64,000 bases of DNA from Lingula anatina (lineage: Eukaryota; Animalia; Brachiopoda), in assembly GCA_051362555.1 (NCBI GenBank), contig CM120641.1, positions 18,972,001 through 19,036,000 of the forward strand, in the 5' to 3' direction. Made by a program: the position numbers and the translations under genes. The notes below the pieces were generated by a model. It was not told the DNA's origin. It made no database searches and saw only the letters and a list, made by a program, of their open reading frames with translations. This document shows, one piece after another, positions 26,742 through 64,000 of this stretch; position 1 is the first letter of the stretch; each line of letters starts with the position of its first letter.

Positions 26742-27547
26742 TTATAAGAAGATAGCAAGGATTTTTTAACCTAATTAATATCTTTTTTATGGGTGTATTT
26801 TGTACAAGCATTTGTATGTATATGAATGATACATTTTTTAAAAATCTTTTTAGAATGAATATATTATTGGTATGTTAATGTTAGATATTTTACAAGAAAG
26901 TAAGAGATAGCTAGAAGTAGATAGAACATACATAATGGCACAGTATAAATTAATAATTTCATTCATTCATTAACTTATTATTTTTATCATTATTAATTAA
27001 TTAATTATATTTTTTTTCTTGTTGTTTTTAAAAGCCGTATTCAGATGATTCCTGTTGCAAGTTCCAGTAGGATATTTGTCTTGATTATTTCTATGTGGGG
27101 ACTTAAACTTACAGTCATTAGTATGTTACATCAACCCCAATTGATTAACTAATTTATTTTAAAATATTTATGCAATTATTAGTTTTCACAATATTATGAA
27201 TAAACACTTTTCTGTTTTGATAACAGAGCACATGGAAGTTTCCTCAGGCATTCCTTCATCCATTCTTTCTGGAAGCAACCATTGTGTTGATATGTAATTT
27301 TTTAAGAAAGGATCTAAGAAATTCTGGTGACTTTAAGTGGTTGTGATATCTTACCAGACTTATATAAATTGTAAAACATGAAATGCATTTTACAAAATCA
27401 AAAGTAACTTGATGATCCATCAGTTAATTGTTGACTTTCCCTGGTCACTAGGATCATGCAGTATTACATTATAAGTTTTTGAAGCTTAGGTGCATCAATA
27501 TTTTGTATTTTTCTACAAATAATCATTTTTGATATTGATGAAATAAT

Positions 27548-27589
27548 AATAAAGCACGCTGTCTCATGTTCTCTTTCTCATGTTTTATT
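27548..27589. terminator. Convergent candidate poly(A) signals (CEP128 +, TPC-like gene -)
   Basis: AATAAA at 27548-27553 (+) followed by a T/GT-rich tract. TTTATT at 27584-27589 (AATAAA on -). An alternative + signal lies at ~27199. Confidence 0.4.
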
Positions 27590-29544
27590 TCTCACAGTAC
27601 CATTAATCTTTTATTCATTAAATGATTACAAAAAGTTGAGTTAAATTGGAATAGATTAAAATGGAAAGTAACATATCTTTCCCGATTTAATAAATAAAGG
27701 GGCAAATTAATGGAAATGAATGTCACTTTGAAATTACATTGAGCAGAAGAAAAACATTGAAATAAGTACACTCAAGAACTAATAATAGGAAAAAGGAGCA
27801 TATATAAAACATCCTGAAAGCAAATTACTGAAATCAAGGAATCATGAATTTACATGATAAAAATATCAGCAAATTATATGGCATCTCTTAGATCTTTAAA
27901 AATATGTACAACAAATATAGTTCTAAATATTCATTTACAAAATAAAATGTGTAAATTTGAAACATGTAAATTAGAAGCAAAGTAGACAAAGGATCAAAAT
28001 TGTCAAGAAAGTGGATGGATTGATATATATATATATATATATGGAAAAAATATAAAAATATGTAGTTGTATGTTTCAATTGCTGGTTGCACCTGTTTTGG
28101 TATGGCTTATACAACAAAATGTCTTCAGACTTTGATGTCTCCAAATTAAAAATAAAACACGGACTGAACATTTACTCACATTTAATCACAATTTTTACAA
28201 TACTGAGTACGGCACAAATGTACATCATTAAAGCAATACCCAAAATGGATAACCTGTATAAAAACTGATAAAAAATGACAACCCTTCGAACACAAAAATA
28301 TCATGTTTTGATTACTTTATATGGCATTTTTTCTTTTGATGTGGTGAAAAAAAAACAACCCATCCTTTTCTATCTAAAAAGCACTGCAATGATCAGAGTA
28401 TAATGTAACTACAAAAATACAATTCAGCAGTTCTTAATTATGTAGTTATATAATAACTGAAGTCATTTCTATGATATTTCAGGACTCCCTAAACATAAAC
28501 CTTCAAAGCTCACATACACATACACGTAACAGGTAATAACAAGTCACAGTGACAAGATGGCTAAATGATAAAATCTTGGACCCATCAAACTGAGTCCACT
28601 TTGATGAGTCCTAAGATAAATGTACCCTCTACCAGGGTGGCAGATATTACAGAAAAAATTACCAAAAGCCACCCTGTAATTTTTGGCCAGATGGAAGCAA
28701 TTAAATCTGCATGCCCGCAGATGACACTGTACCCACTCTGTAGGGAGCTACTACAGGAGATTCCTGAGATAACTTCAATCTGAAGTCAGATGCTATTCAC
28801 AAGGGGCTATTTTTATCTGTTGCAAAAGTGCAACTGATTAAAATCAGATCAATAAACTGTCTTGATTGCTGTCAAAGGGACTTGGTCAGGTCTATTAAAT
28901 GGCAGTGCCTGAGCAGTTATGCAAACAATTACGAGCCATGTAATCAACCTAGATTTCTCAGCACAGGGTCAGAGATAGTAAAATGACCATATATTTTTCT
29001 AAAGACATATCTGTGAATATCTTGTGAAAAATCAATCTGTGGCCATGGTACAGGGTACGATAAATGCAGGATTCCAGAATAACTGAGTCATGGCAGCCAT
29101 GTTTAAGAATGTGCATGGCTTGACAAGGCGTTATCTTAATAATGAGTACATAACACAGGGAGGTATAAATATCAGCATTATTTCTGTTGTAAACTTGAGT
29201 TAAATCTCTTTTGTTAGATGAAAGAAGTTTTTCATTGTCTCCTGTGTTAAGAGGGTAAAAAAGTATTGGTCAAAATATCATGCTTCATAGGTAAAAATAT
29301 GATTAGTCTCCTAAGAAAACAATCTAGTATTCTTTTCATAAATCTAAATCGTATCTATGTTAAGAGTTTCAAATCTGCTGTATTCTCTTAGAGCACAAAA
29401 TTATGGATCAAAGTATGTTGAAAAAGCAGTGTATATGTTGAGAAGATTATGGTGAGATTTAGTCAGTGAGAATGATGGTTGACAGGTCTGAAAGTGTGAA
29501 GTGATCACGACTGATTCCTATGGTAAGTGACTGTTCTCCTTGTC

Positions 29545-52530
<22,986 letters not shown>

Positions 52531-53055
52531 ATTTTTCTTGTCAGCACAAGCTAATTTAGCATGCCATTCTATTTTTTTGCTTACAACTGTTTTACTGGAG
52601 CTGTAAAATAAAAGAGATTCTAAAATAAGTAATATAGTAAGCATTATAAAATCTTTTCCTGGGGAAGGGGCCAACTTCTTAAATATAGGGCTTTTATTTC
52701 AATTTGGCCTGTAGACTATTACTGTTTGTTATAACCAATAATAATACCAATTAAACTAATTAGTTCTTTAAAACTTTTGATCAGAATTTCAATTATTATC
52801 ATGATTCCTGATAAATGCTATCCTTTTGCAGGTAACTACAAGTATAACGATCAAAGACACTCTAGGTAATGCTCCAATTACCTACTGTACAGTAAATGTT
52901 GGCAGACTTTAAGTTGCTTGTAAAACACAGACTCTGTGTATAAACACTGATACCCTTAAATTACTTTAAATTTCTGCTATATGTATCTCAAGGTTGCTGA
53001 TAATAGACATAATACTAATTCTACATGTACACTGTACCAATTTCACAGTACTTAC

Positions 53056-53240
53056 ACATTTTGCCTTTCCCACTACAGAATTATCTTGGCTGATTCTCAG
53101 TCATAAACTTAATGGTTTCTGTTGTTGTCAAAGGCACTGTGTTTTCAACAATATCATGGTGGATCTGGCACCTGCTGCATGATTCAAGGTTGATGATAAT
53201 TAGGCTGACTTAGACATAGAATGTGGTACAGTTCTTTTAT
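53056..53240 (-). other. Probable 5' UTR exon of the TPC-like gene
   Basis: TTTCAG| acceptor at 53241 and ATGT|GTAAGT donor at 53055. It is not open in the frame of the next exon and contains upstream ATGs. Confidence 0.45.
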
Positions 53241-55364
53241 CTGAAAGCACAAAATATAAGTCAATATTATTTTATTATTAGGATATTGAATCGTGGGGGG
53301 CCTCATGAAGGACAGTAAGCTTTGTCCTATATGGCAATATATTTTAATTGAGTTTTTGGCATTGTGTTGCATTTTTTCACTATATACAATAACTGTTAAT
53401 CAATGATGCAATCTGATGTAGATATTATCAATTCATTCATTTATACAAAATAACTTAACTTAGGTTTTGCTAGTCCAGAATATATCACATCAAAGATTGT
53501 AATTACCATACTTCCAAAGTGATTAACCGATTGCTATAATTGCCATCATTTTTATTATGAGCATGCAAGTGTGAAACATTCTTTTTAAAACATGTCGCAA
53601 ATCTAAATGATTTCTGGGAAATTTTTCCCCTGACATATAGTGACTGGAATTTGCTTTTAAAACCATGATTAAATTGGACAAAGTGATGATTATAAATTCA
53701 AAAGTGAGCCTAGCTTACTAAAAAGTCAGTATGTGGGAATTAAAACCTCACCTTAGGTATTTTGCTCCACATCAAAACTATGCAAACATGTATGAGACTT
53801 GCAATATTTATAACCTACTTGACATTTAAACTAAGTAAAATGCCAGAACTTGGAAGCAAACATAATGAAATATATTGCTTGGTCATTTTTAAGGAGGCTA
53901 TACCATGCAGTGGCTTCAGATTGTCACTACTTACAGTATTAAAATAAAATGCTCAGGTTTTCATTTAAAAGCCAGACAAGATACTGAAAAACTCTTTCTA
54001 AGTGCTGTGCTGCAGCTAGGCAGCCCAAGACATATGCTCCCTAAGCCACTTTTCTTACTGGCTGAGAATGCTTTTAAGTAACAAGTACATGTAGTTCAGA
54101 AAGTTAGCTACCCAATGTTCATTAATGTCTTTCAGGAAAAATCATTACGTCTTCCCAAAACTTATAAAAATTAATGTCTACATCTGTTGCTACTACGTAT
54201 AGTGTTTATCATCGCCATTGTCCGAAATCCATTATAAAATGATGAAAACATCTTAAAGTCCATCAAAACCTTCAGCAGCTTCGACCTGTATCTTAAATGT
54301 GTATAAGCCACATGCATCGATGTAACTTACTAGAGCAGCTAAATACTCAACAAATTTTTACATACCTCTTTTTTCATTTTGAATGGGGGACTCTAAAAGA
54401 TAAAAAAAAGCCTCTAACAAGCACTACCTCTTTCACACGTCACTTGGATACAGAATCATGTCCTGCAATATCTGGAATGTGCCTATAGTCAATGAAAGAT
54501 TACCATATCACTAACTAGTACATGGCTTCAGTGGATTTCAGTACTATAGTGTGTATCCATCTGACCTTTATGTGTATTCAGGTTTATCTCCTCTATTTCA
54601 GTATTGACATAAGAAGTTTGTATTGGTGACGCCATTTTATTCCCCTTACGGCATACAACACAGTACAATAATCCATAAGTCATCAGTCAATAACAGAGAC
54701 CTTTTCAGGTGTTTATGTACTGAAAGCACAAAGCAACACCAAATAAGAAGTATATATTTCTCAACTGTTATTCATAAAAGTTATATATTTGAGATACAAA
54801 CTTTCTTGTAGATATATAATTAAGAATAAAGACCCTAAGAATACACATGACAGTAAATAATTTGTAGAAAGTCACCACCAAAATTTATTAGGACACAAAA
54901 ATGGTCCCTGCAGCTACTATAGTACCCTATTGTAACAGCATGTCACTGAATAAAATATTTACATGATCAGTATCACTCATTAATATTGGGCAGTGGCAAT
55001 TAATTGTCATTTTGTACACCTTGTTACTTGAGCAGTTATCCTCAAGGTTTACACCCTTTTTTTTTTTTTTTTTTGACTGAAATAATTTTAACTTGGCTTC
55101 TACTCACTATAGTAGTGTTTTTACATTGTCTCCTAGTTTATTTAAAGCGTTAAATAGCAAAAACACACATCCTAAGACCAAATATATATCCTGACATTTA
55201 ATGGCTTTTAATTATGATTATCCACGAAGTTTCACAGCCAGTTTTCCTTACCAGCTGCATATAATTTCTGGTAACCAGTTCCATGACTCCCTTAATGCAT
55301 GTCCCATCCTGTGCGAAGAAACTATTTCACATCACAAAATTTTCAAGCTCTAGCTTGCTACAAC

Positions 55365-56733
<1,369 letters not shown>

Positions 56734-57419
56734 GCTACAACAGCGAAGGGGTTTTGACTCACTTTTGTATTAGGTTGTATCACTCTGCATGTTATATAGA
56801 CATGTGCAGCTCGAGCCTCACTAAATTCAAGGGGGCTTCAATTTTACTAAGACTGCCTAGACTCGAAATCAGGACATTGATCTACATACTAGTATATGTT
56901 TTTATGTCCTGTCAAAGACATGACCTGATGATTCGATCAATGATTCAAACCCTCAATCGAACATGCATGTACAACACTGTACCCTACATGGGATTAAAAA
57001 TGAATTTTCCTCAGGAAAAAATTATCTTACTTAAGAATTATTCATCACATCATTCCATTTTTAATTTGATAATTTAATTCTATAAAACTATAACCATTCA
57101 TTAATTTGAACCCCATCTACATTTCAGAAGGAATTATTGACATCAGACACTTTTATTTACGGGGTTTCATTGCTTTAAGATCTGAATTGAGAAAGATAGT
57201 TCCCTTTTGCACGATATCCAGACAAGGAAAAATGACTCAGGGATTTTTTTCCAAGCTCGTACAAATTATATACCTTTAAACGTCTCGCTGATAAATACCA
57301 AAACACACCTATTAGATCTATATACCGATACATTGGAAACGTCAGTGAAGACGTTAAAGCCGTTTCCAAAATTTATTCTTCTCCTTCTTCTATTCTGAAA
57401 ATTAACTCTAAGACTGAAC

Positions 57420-57870
57420 TCCTGGCTGTCGGAAATCAGCCCTTTTCAAAGCGGAAGACCTAGCCGCAGCCCCAAATCTTGGTAAGAATTTTGTAATTTT
57501 GTCCATTGCTCAAATGCCCCACACTTACCACAAGAGAACAAAACTGAGAAAGTTTACAGTACAGTACGTTTAGTAAGTGTAAAAACTTCTAGGACACTGT
57601 TTCAGTTCCTTTCAACGTTCACCATTACTTACCTTTTCTGAAGACTATTTCCGTTGCGGATACACTCACTTGTATCTACCCGTGTACAAGAATGTTTACA
57701 ACCTGTCGAACTGTTGACCCCCAGGTGTTGTGGTTGCACGCAGTGAGCCGGTGTCGCGGTCTCAGATGTCGCGGTCTCAGACTGTCTTCGTGCTCAGCAG
57801 GTCGACTCTGTAGACACAACATTGGGGGAGGGGGTGTACGGGTGTGTGTGTGTGTGGGGGGGGGGGGGGG
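57420..57870. promoter_or_regulatory. CpG-rich putative promoter / first non-coding exon of the TPC-like gene
   Basis: CpG enrichment, duplicated TGTCGCGGTCTCAGA (~57752-57781), G-tracts, a consensus minus-strand donor AAG|GTAAGT at ~57632, and a plus-strand donor TTG|GTAAGA at 57482. Confidence 0.4.
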
Positions 57871-58448
57871 TAAAATACACCGTCAGTACACAACCAAGTT
57901 TTTACCAAAAACGACTGAAAGGGGATTTAATGCTCACAGTGAATTGAATTTGGTCTGTACCTTTGTTTCACAAAGGCTTATTTAGTACACGATAGTCTTG
58001 TGCATCATGCTGGTAGTTTTTAGAATTCATATGTGCTATAATAATTTTATAATACTCCCCATCCGTCAAGCCTTACGAGAATTCCCATAAGAATTCCTAT
58101 AAGATCTCCCATAAGATTCTTAATGATTTCCCATGTTTATAATCTTTATTGCAGTTTAATAACGTTTACGAATGTTATGAGACAACTATTGGCCTCATAT
58201 GCTAGCACAGTATACATAACTGAGAGAATGTCGTTCAAAAAATATCTTGCAAGTTAATTTTTTTTACGTATGGATTAAAATAGTTACATGCAGAGTTTGC
58301 TCAAAAAGATCTTTATTTTGTCTATATTAAGACTACATTGTACCCTCCCTCCCATTTTGCAAAGAGTTCATGATAATTTGAAAAAAGTTTAAATTTATAG
58401 ATAATTTAAATCTAGACAACGCAAACAAAATGTTATTTGGATGAGAAG

Positions 58449-58518
58449 TACCCTCTACCAGGGCGAGTGATAGATTTTTTACAGATATTAAATCTATCAC
58501 TCACCCTGGTAGAGGGTA
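58449..58518. mobile_element. 70-bp hairpin mini-MITE with 9-bp TSD (Mutator-like by TSD length)
   Basis: TIR TACCCTCTACCAGGGCGAGTGATAGATTT / AAATCTATCACTCACCCTGGTAGAGGGTA. TSD GATGAGAAG at 58440-58448 and 58519-58527. Confidence 0.85.
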
Positions 58519-59739
58519 GATGAGAAGTAGCTTATATTAATTTATTTTGTTTCACTTTCATGTTTTATCTGACAGAAAATTCAACTTTTCATTTGAAAAA
58601 AAAATCTAATTTATTCTAAATAAGGGGACGATGTACTCATTAGGCAATAGACTTACCTGTGTATCAGATGAAAGATAATTTTTCAAGTAATATTGATGAG
58701 GGGGAGTAACGATGCAGGGAAATAACTATGCAGGGGATTACTGGCGTGGAGGCGTATCGAACCAGATAAAATTAAAATTTACTAGCTAGAGGGGGAGTAA
58801 AGGTGTAGGGACATAGAGAAATGTAACCTTAGCAGTGTGGAGGCCATATAGTGCTTGAAAGGAAACTTCCATATGAACATGAACTTAATAATGTTTTCTC
58901 CATGTCCTGCAGTGCATTCATTGATGTGTGATCTGTCAAGGCAATCCAAAGGAGGGTTTATAAGTATATGCTCCATCAAGGCATGGGCTTTCCACTGGTG
59001 CACTGGATACTCAGAGGGTCCATGGGAGAGGCTTATGCCAGCACACAATGTTCAGTAAATTGCTATGATGATTATGTCAAATTTCTCCACTAGGTGCAAG
59101 AAATCAACTGAAGAATGTTCTGAGTATCGAAGTGCTCTACTTTCAGTTAGAGCTTGTTCACATATTAGGCAGAAAAGCCACAATAGTGCAATGATTAACA
59201 CTCCTCTATTTGGACCATCTTGGTCCCAGTGAGCTGAGAGACAGGTAACTTGAGAGATTCAGACATAATAGTTGGGGAATTTATCAAAGCAAATAAGGAG
59301 AATAAAAAGCAAAATTATAGCCACTCAAATGATTTGTGAACATATTCTTTCAGATACTGAGACAGATTCACATGTTAATATTATTTTAAAGGAATAGAGT
59401 CTGATTTTTATATTGTCAACACTGCTTGTCAGGTGGAATGCTTGGATGCATGTTATCAGATTACTTATCTTATTATGATGCACAACCTAATCATTACTCG
59501 TAAATCGAAAGGGTTACAGCACTCATTGTAAAACAGGGCTAGAGTTTGTGTGTTTTTTTTTTTCAAACCTCCCTCATAGTGCAGTGAATGTTTGTCTCTT
59601 GGAATCTGACCCATAAACCTTGGTTACTACAATTTTATTTTGACTCAATTGACAGTGTCAAGCAAATGACACGCAGTAACCTAGAGCATACACCTGTACT
59701 ACTGGCCTATTGCATGAAAATCTAGTTTACAGTGCAACT

Positions 59740-59838
59740 ACCCTGGGTTTCAGAGGACGTTGGAAACTCTTGCTGTTTTGCTGTTAGCAGAGAGGGGTGG
59801 GGGGGTGGGGGGCTCCAGCGTCCTCTGCAACCCAGGGT
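59740..59838. mobile_element. Small TIR element (MITE-like)
   Basis: ACCCTGGGTTTCAGAGGACGTTGGA ... TCCAGCGTCCTCTGCAACCCAGGGT, a 25-bp TIR with 2 mismatches. TSD not clear. Confidence 0.6.
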
Positions 59839-60426
59839 GCATTGAAACTGAAAAGGATAAAAAAGAAGAATAGTTTTTCTGTACACTAATATTATTCATA
59901 TCCATGAAATAAAATAATGAAACTCAAAGAAAAATATTTTCTGAAAATCTAATGGACTTTCAAAGCATGCATAAAAATATCAAATCTGCATCATTAAGGA
60001 ATGAGGTAAACTAACAAGCCTTTAAAGACTAAGAGTTTTTAAGTAAAGTACTAAATTTGTCAACAATTCTGACAAAAAGCACAAGTTGTCACCATATCTA
60101 AAGGAACAAATGTTAATCTTTTGCTGGAGGTGATATGTAGAACTACGTATACCTCATCATCAAAGACAGACAAATTGGAATAAAAGGAGTTACACTATAC
60201 GTCAGAACTGGTATAGTGACTATAACATCTTTTCTCATCTACCTGAAGCAATTTTGGTTGTTGTTAATAATCAAAAGGTGTAAATTTAATTTGTTCTGGA
60301 TTATCATAAAAAACACAATGCATAAAGAACTAGTAAGTACGCAAACTGCATTTAACTTCACATCAAGAAAAGTTCACATCTCAGTTTTGAAATTCAGCTC
60401 CTTTTAAATCTAGGTGCGAGATGTCT

Positions 60427-63400
60427 TCACCACTTGTACTTGAAGTTCATCTTCAGTAGGTACTTGATGTTGACCTGAGCCACGTCATATACAATGAATC
60501 TGATTGTAAATGAAGGAAAACTTTAAAAGAATCGTCCTAAAGTCACTACAATGCAAATGTCACACAGGAACTTTAAAATAATACTATAGGCAAAATTGGA
60601 AATTGTAAGCAAGCATTTTGAAACATTTTTTCATTGTGCATATATCATAATAATCTAGTTATTGGCAGTATATAATTATGATTTTGTTAAATGTAGAATA
60701 AATGAATACATAAATAAATCTTCATGAAACATTAATTTTCATCAAATGATTTTTATACTGAAAATTATATTTCATACATGTGCCCTTAATGTAAAAAGGA
60801 TACTCGTTATAGAGAAGGCTGGTTTGGCCAATAGGTGCCGATATACCCTTCCCCTTGGGGATAATAACGTCCTCCGGTGTCTTATAGTCATCTTTAGGAT
60901 CAGGCATTGTCATACCAAGGCCTGGGATAAAAGATTACATAGTAACTTTATAAATAACCTATTTTGATTTTTATAATGGTAACGACTTTATGGTATATTC
61001 TGTGTCAGCATTAATTTCAAAACTAAAATTTAAAATAATTTCAAATTTTTCATAAGAATTAAAGATTCAACCTTTGCTTTAAGTGTAAGATCCCTTCCAA
61101 AAAACAAATTATAAGTGAGAACATTTCACAGAAGTTATATTCCCAAGGCTAGTAAGAGTTAAATCTTAGACTACAAACTGAGAACTCCACTTAATAAGTG
61201 GCATATCATAGTTCCCTTACCCTTTGTGCTATGTTTGCCTTTTGGTAGTTTGGTTATGTATTCTGCTCCTCTGCACTCATGCCTGTCAAAAGATAATAGC
61301 TCAAACAGTAACGTCATGTTAATAACTGCAACACAAAAGGGAAGAAGCATTTGTTATAGAAAACAGCTTCTGTGACCCTAAGCTTCAGATCCAATGTGGG
61401 TCAACTTCTTCATTTTCAATTTTCCCAGTGTGTACAGTTTTCAGGTATCAGGTCAGAAACAAAGGCTATCTTAATACATTCCACAATAACACCATCTGCT
61501 TTATAAAAGACAAAGCAAATATTTATACATTTATATAAATGTACATGTAGGTATAGGGGACATTTAACAGTCCCTTTCTCTGCAACACAACTGCCATTTT
61601 GCTTGCGTATAGAAACAGTACCATACAACAGTATTAAATATTTTGTAAAATATTTTGTTTATTGAGAAATTATATTGATTGCCACCAACCAGTGGACATT
61701 CAGTGGGTTGACTTACATATTTCCTAGAGCGACTTCACACAATAGCAGGATGCCATGGGGCTCAGATTTGCTTGTTCTACAATAATTGGCACTCTTTGAG
61801 ACCATGTCAGCAAAGTAAATACCCTTTCCAAACATGTAGCCAGTCTGAAACAACAACAACAAGCTTTTGTACAACTCAGAGGATGAACTGGACTGCAATG
61901 TGATGATTCATGATGGAAGCTAAGAACCATCTTTCTTTCTTTGATTCTGCATCAACAAAAATTTCCCAGGAGCAAAATTTGCAATACAGCCTAAAACAAC
62001 ATATTTTCTTTCAGAAGAAAAAAAATTTAAAAACACCAAACGGGGCTACATGAAATGCACTCAAAATTTTAAGGAAACTAAATTTACAACAATTTTTCTT
62101 TTTTTCTTACAACAAATTTTCAGATTTAAGTTTCCTTACAATTCCAAAAACACAAAAGGAAAAACTGTTACATCATGGTTTCCTGCAAGCTAAAAACAGT
62201 AATAAATAATAAATAAATATTTTATCATAATTAGCAGCCTCATAATAAATACATGTAGCACCAATAAAAATGAACTCACCACTGGTGCCTCTGGAGGGGC
62301 AATTCTCAAGCCTTGAGACAAAATACCAGCAAAATTGGTGACACGGGAGCCATGCCATAGCAACATCTTGTTGTGCAGGTCACGGAATGGTTTGTATCGG
62401 GCATACTCCCCCTCACGGGCAACCTTGAAAACCTAATTGAAAAAGAATAAAAAAGTTAGACAACTTAATTTTTCTGTCAATAATTACTAATAGATGGCAC
62501 ATACCCAAACACCTTGGAGTGGAAGTGGAAGTATGGTAGTGGAAGTATTTTTTTATGTGAAGGTGCAGCTATGTTTTGTGCTTGATTGGTGTCACATTAA
62601 TCAAACAGGTAATCTTAAGAAAACCACGCCTGAAAGCCTATAATGATAAGAAAAGATTATATTATGAATGAATATGGTGAAACTGATGTTTTGCACTAAA
62701 AAAATTCATCTGAATCCATGCCTATAGAGTGTTTTGTACAAATTTTTTTTCCAAATAAATCTCATTACATACTAATACTAATACGAATGTTATCTGAACT
62801 GTGTGCTTAAAAAGCCTTTATTCATGTTGTGCATTAATCATAAACCTTGATTTACAATTGTATTCTATCTGGTAAGTTACTGAATATACCTCCATAACTT
62901 CCAAGTCATACATGTTGTGTGTTGCAGCATGGGTATTTTTGGTGTAATCCTGCAAAAGCTTGAACTCATCGCTTTCCTTCTCAACCACCTGGGGAAAAGA
63001 TTCTTGAAATTTAGATCAATAAAGCACCGTTCAACCAAATATTTTTTAATTTATATCTAGAACTGACACTAGCATGCTTAATGAAGAAACTATTAATGTT
63101 TTTAAACAAAATAGACACCACTCAATTAACCCTTACATGTACAAATAAATGCAAATTTTCTTAAAAATGTAGCATGAATATGTGACATAAAAGATATACA
63201 GAAGTAAGAAATGACCTCCATTTTGCATTTGAGTTGCTCATAGTGTGCATCCACAGGGTCCTTGTCCTCGCTTGCTCCACTTTTCAGCAGGTTGTAAGCA
63301 ACCTCAATCTCCAGCAAGTTATCCAACATTTCTATTTTTTTCTAGAGTCAGATTAAAAGTGGGTGAAAAAAAATTTATTTAATGAACAGAAATTATCATT

Positions 63401-63787
63401 ACAGCTATGCTTATGCAGGTTCTCATCCCAACAGAAGCTTACAAGCAATTCATAGTATACAAGGCTTTAACTTTAGAAAAAAATCAAATAAATCTGAAAG
63501 TAGATTAAATCAGACAGCATCCCCTACAATCAAAGATTCCTCTTAATTATCACAGACAGGAATGTGATTGGGCCAATATATGATCCCCTGCTGAATCGGT
63601 GTATTATATAATGATGTGGACATAACTTATTACGAGTATTATGAAAAAAAAAAATTAAAATTACCTTGATAACTTCAGATGTGTCCAGAAGTGGTGGCTT
63701 TCGCATGCCAAAGTCATGTGGAATAAGTGTGTAAAACCTGTTTGATGCATCCAAAAACTGACCTGGAGTGCCATTATTTTCTGCCAA
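60427..63787 (-). CDS. PARP1: Poly(ADP-ribose) polymerase 1, 3' part (regulatory + catalytic domain); 5' exons lie beyond the window
   Basis: Exons (-): 63787-63665 ([20 protein letters not shown]), 63341-63216 ([15 protein letters not shown]), 62988-62890 (NTHAATH), 62432-62280 ([23 protein letters not shown]), 61844-61717 ([22 protein letters not shown]), 61282-61221, 60921-60804 (LLYNE), 60499-60427 ([23 protein letters not shown]). The H-Y-E triad is intact. Confidence 0.95.
60500..60803 (-). other. U12-type (minor spliceosome) GT-AG intron
   Basis: 5' splice site GTATCCTTT. Branch-like TTTTCCTTCATT about 10 nt before the terminal CAG, with no long polypyrimidine tract. Confidence 0.88.
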
Positions 63788-64000
63788 CTAAAATTAAGTT
63801 GAAATTATGCACGTTTATCAGCACAGTGTCTTTATTTCTCAAAGACTGAAAAAATTTTCTTATTTGTTAGCATTAATCCATTTTAGTTAATAATTAGCAC
63901 AGTGAAAAATTACAACAATTAAATTAAAATCAAAAGAGCAGAAACGTGTACCAAAAAAAAACAAAACAAACTAATATTGCATATTACTTTTTGCCACACT

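Noticed and set aside
58652-58745. ACTTACCTG followed by G-rich sequence resembling the U1 snRNA 5' end
   Set aside because: Downstream sequence does not follow U1 stem-loops or the Sm site. It is equally a minus-strand donor consensus.
58782-59058. 88-aa and 67-aa ORFs downstream of PARP1
   Set aside because: No recognisable motifs or exon chain. Most likely PARP1 3' UTR or intergenic.

Overview
AT-rich, intron-rich animal (invertebrate bilaterian-like) genomic DNA with four protein-coding genes that I reconstructed by hand from splice sites and reading frame. (1) A two-exon EF-hand + WD40 gene of the WDR49/WDY family (-, 4551-8808) lies head-to-head with (2) CEP128 (+, 28 coding exons, 9999-26741). 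CEP128 lies tail-to-tail with (3) an unusual ~1440-aa two-pore-channel-family gene (-, about 36 coding exons, 29545-52530), which has an acidic first filter (TTENYP), charge-poor S4 segments and a long C-terminal tail containing an SH3 domain. (4) The 3' half of PARP1 (-, 60427 to window end) has a U12-type last intron that splits the catalytic Glu codon. Introns and intergenic DNA hold non-autonomous transposons: Helentron/HINE-like elements with internal satellites (including a 146-bp array), MITEs with clear TSDs, a LINE ORF1 fragment and microsatellites. No tRNA, rRNA or CRISPR features are evident. Exon boundaries are manual predictions without transcript support, and family assignments come from recalled motifs rather than database searches.
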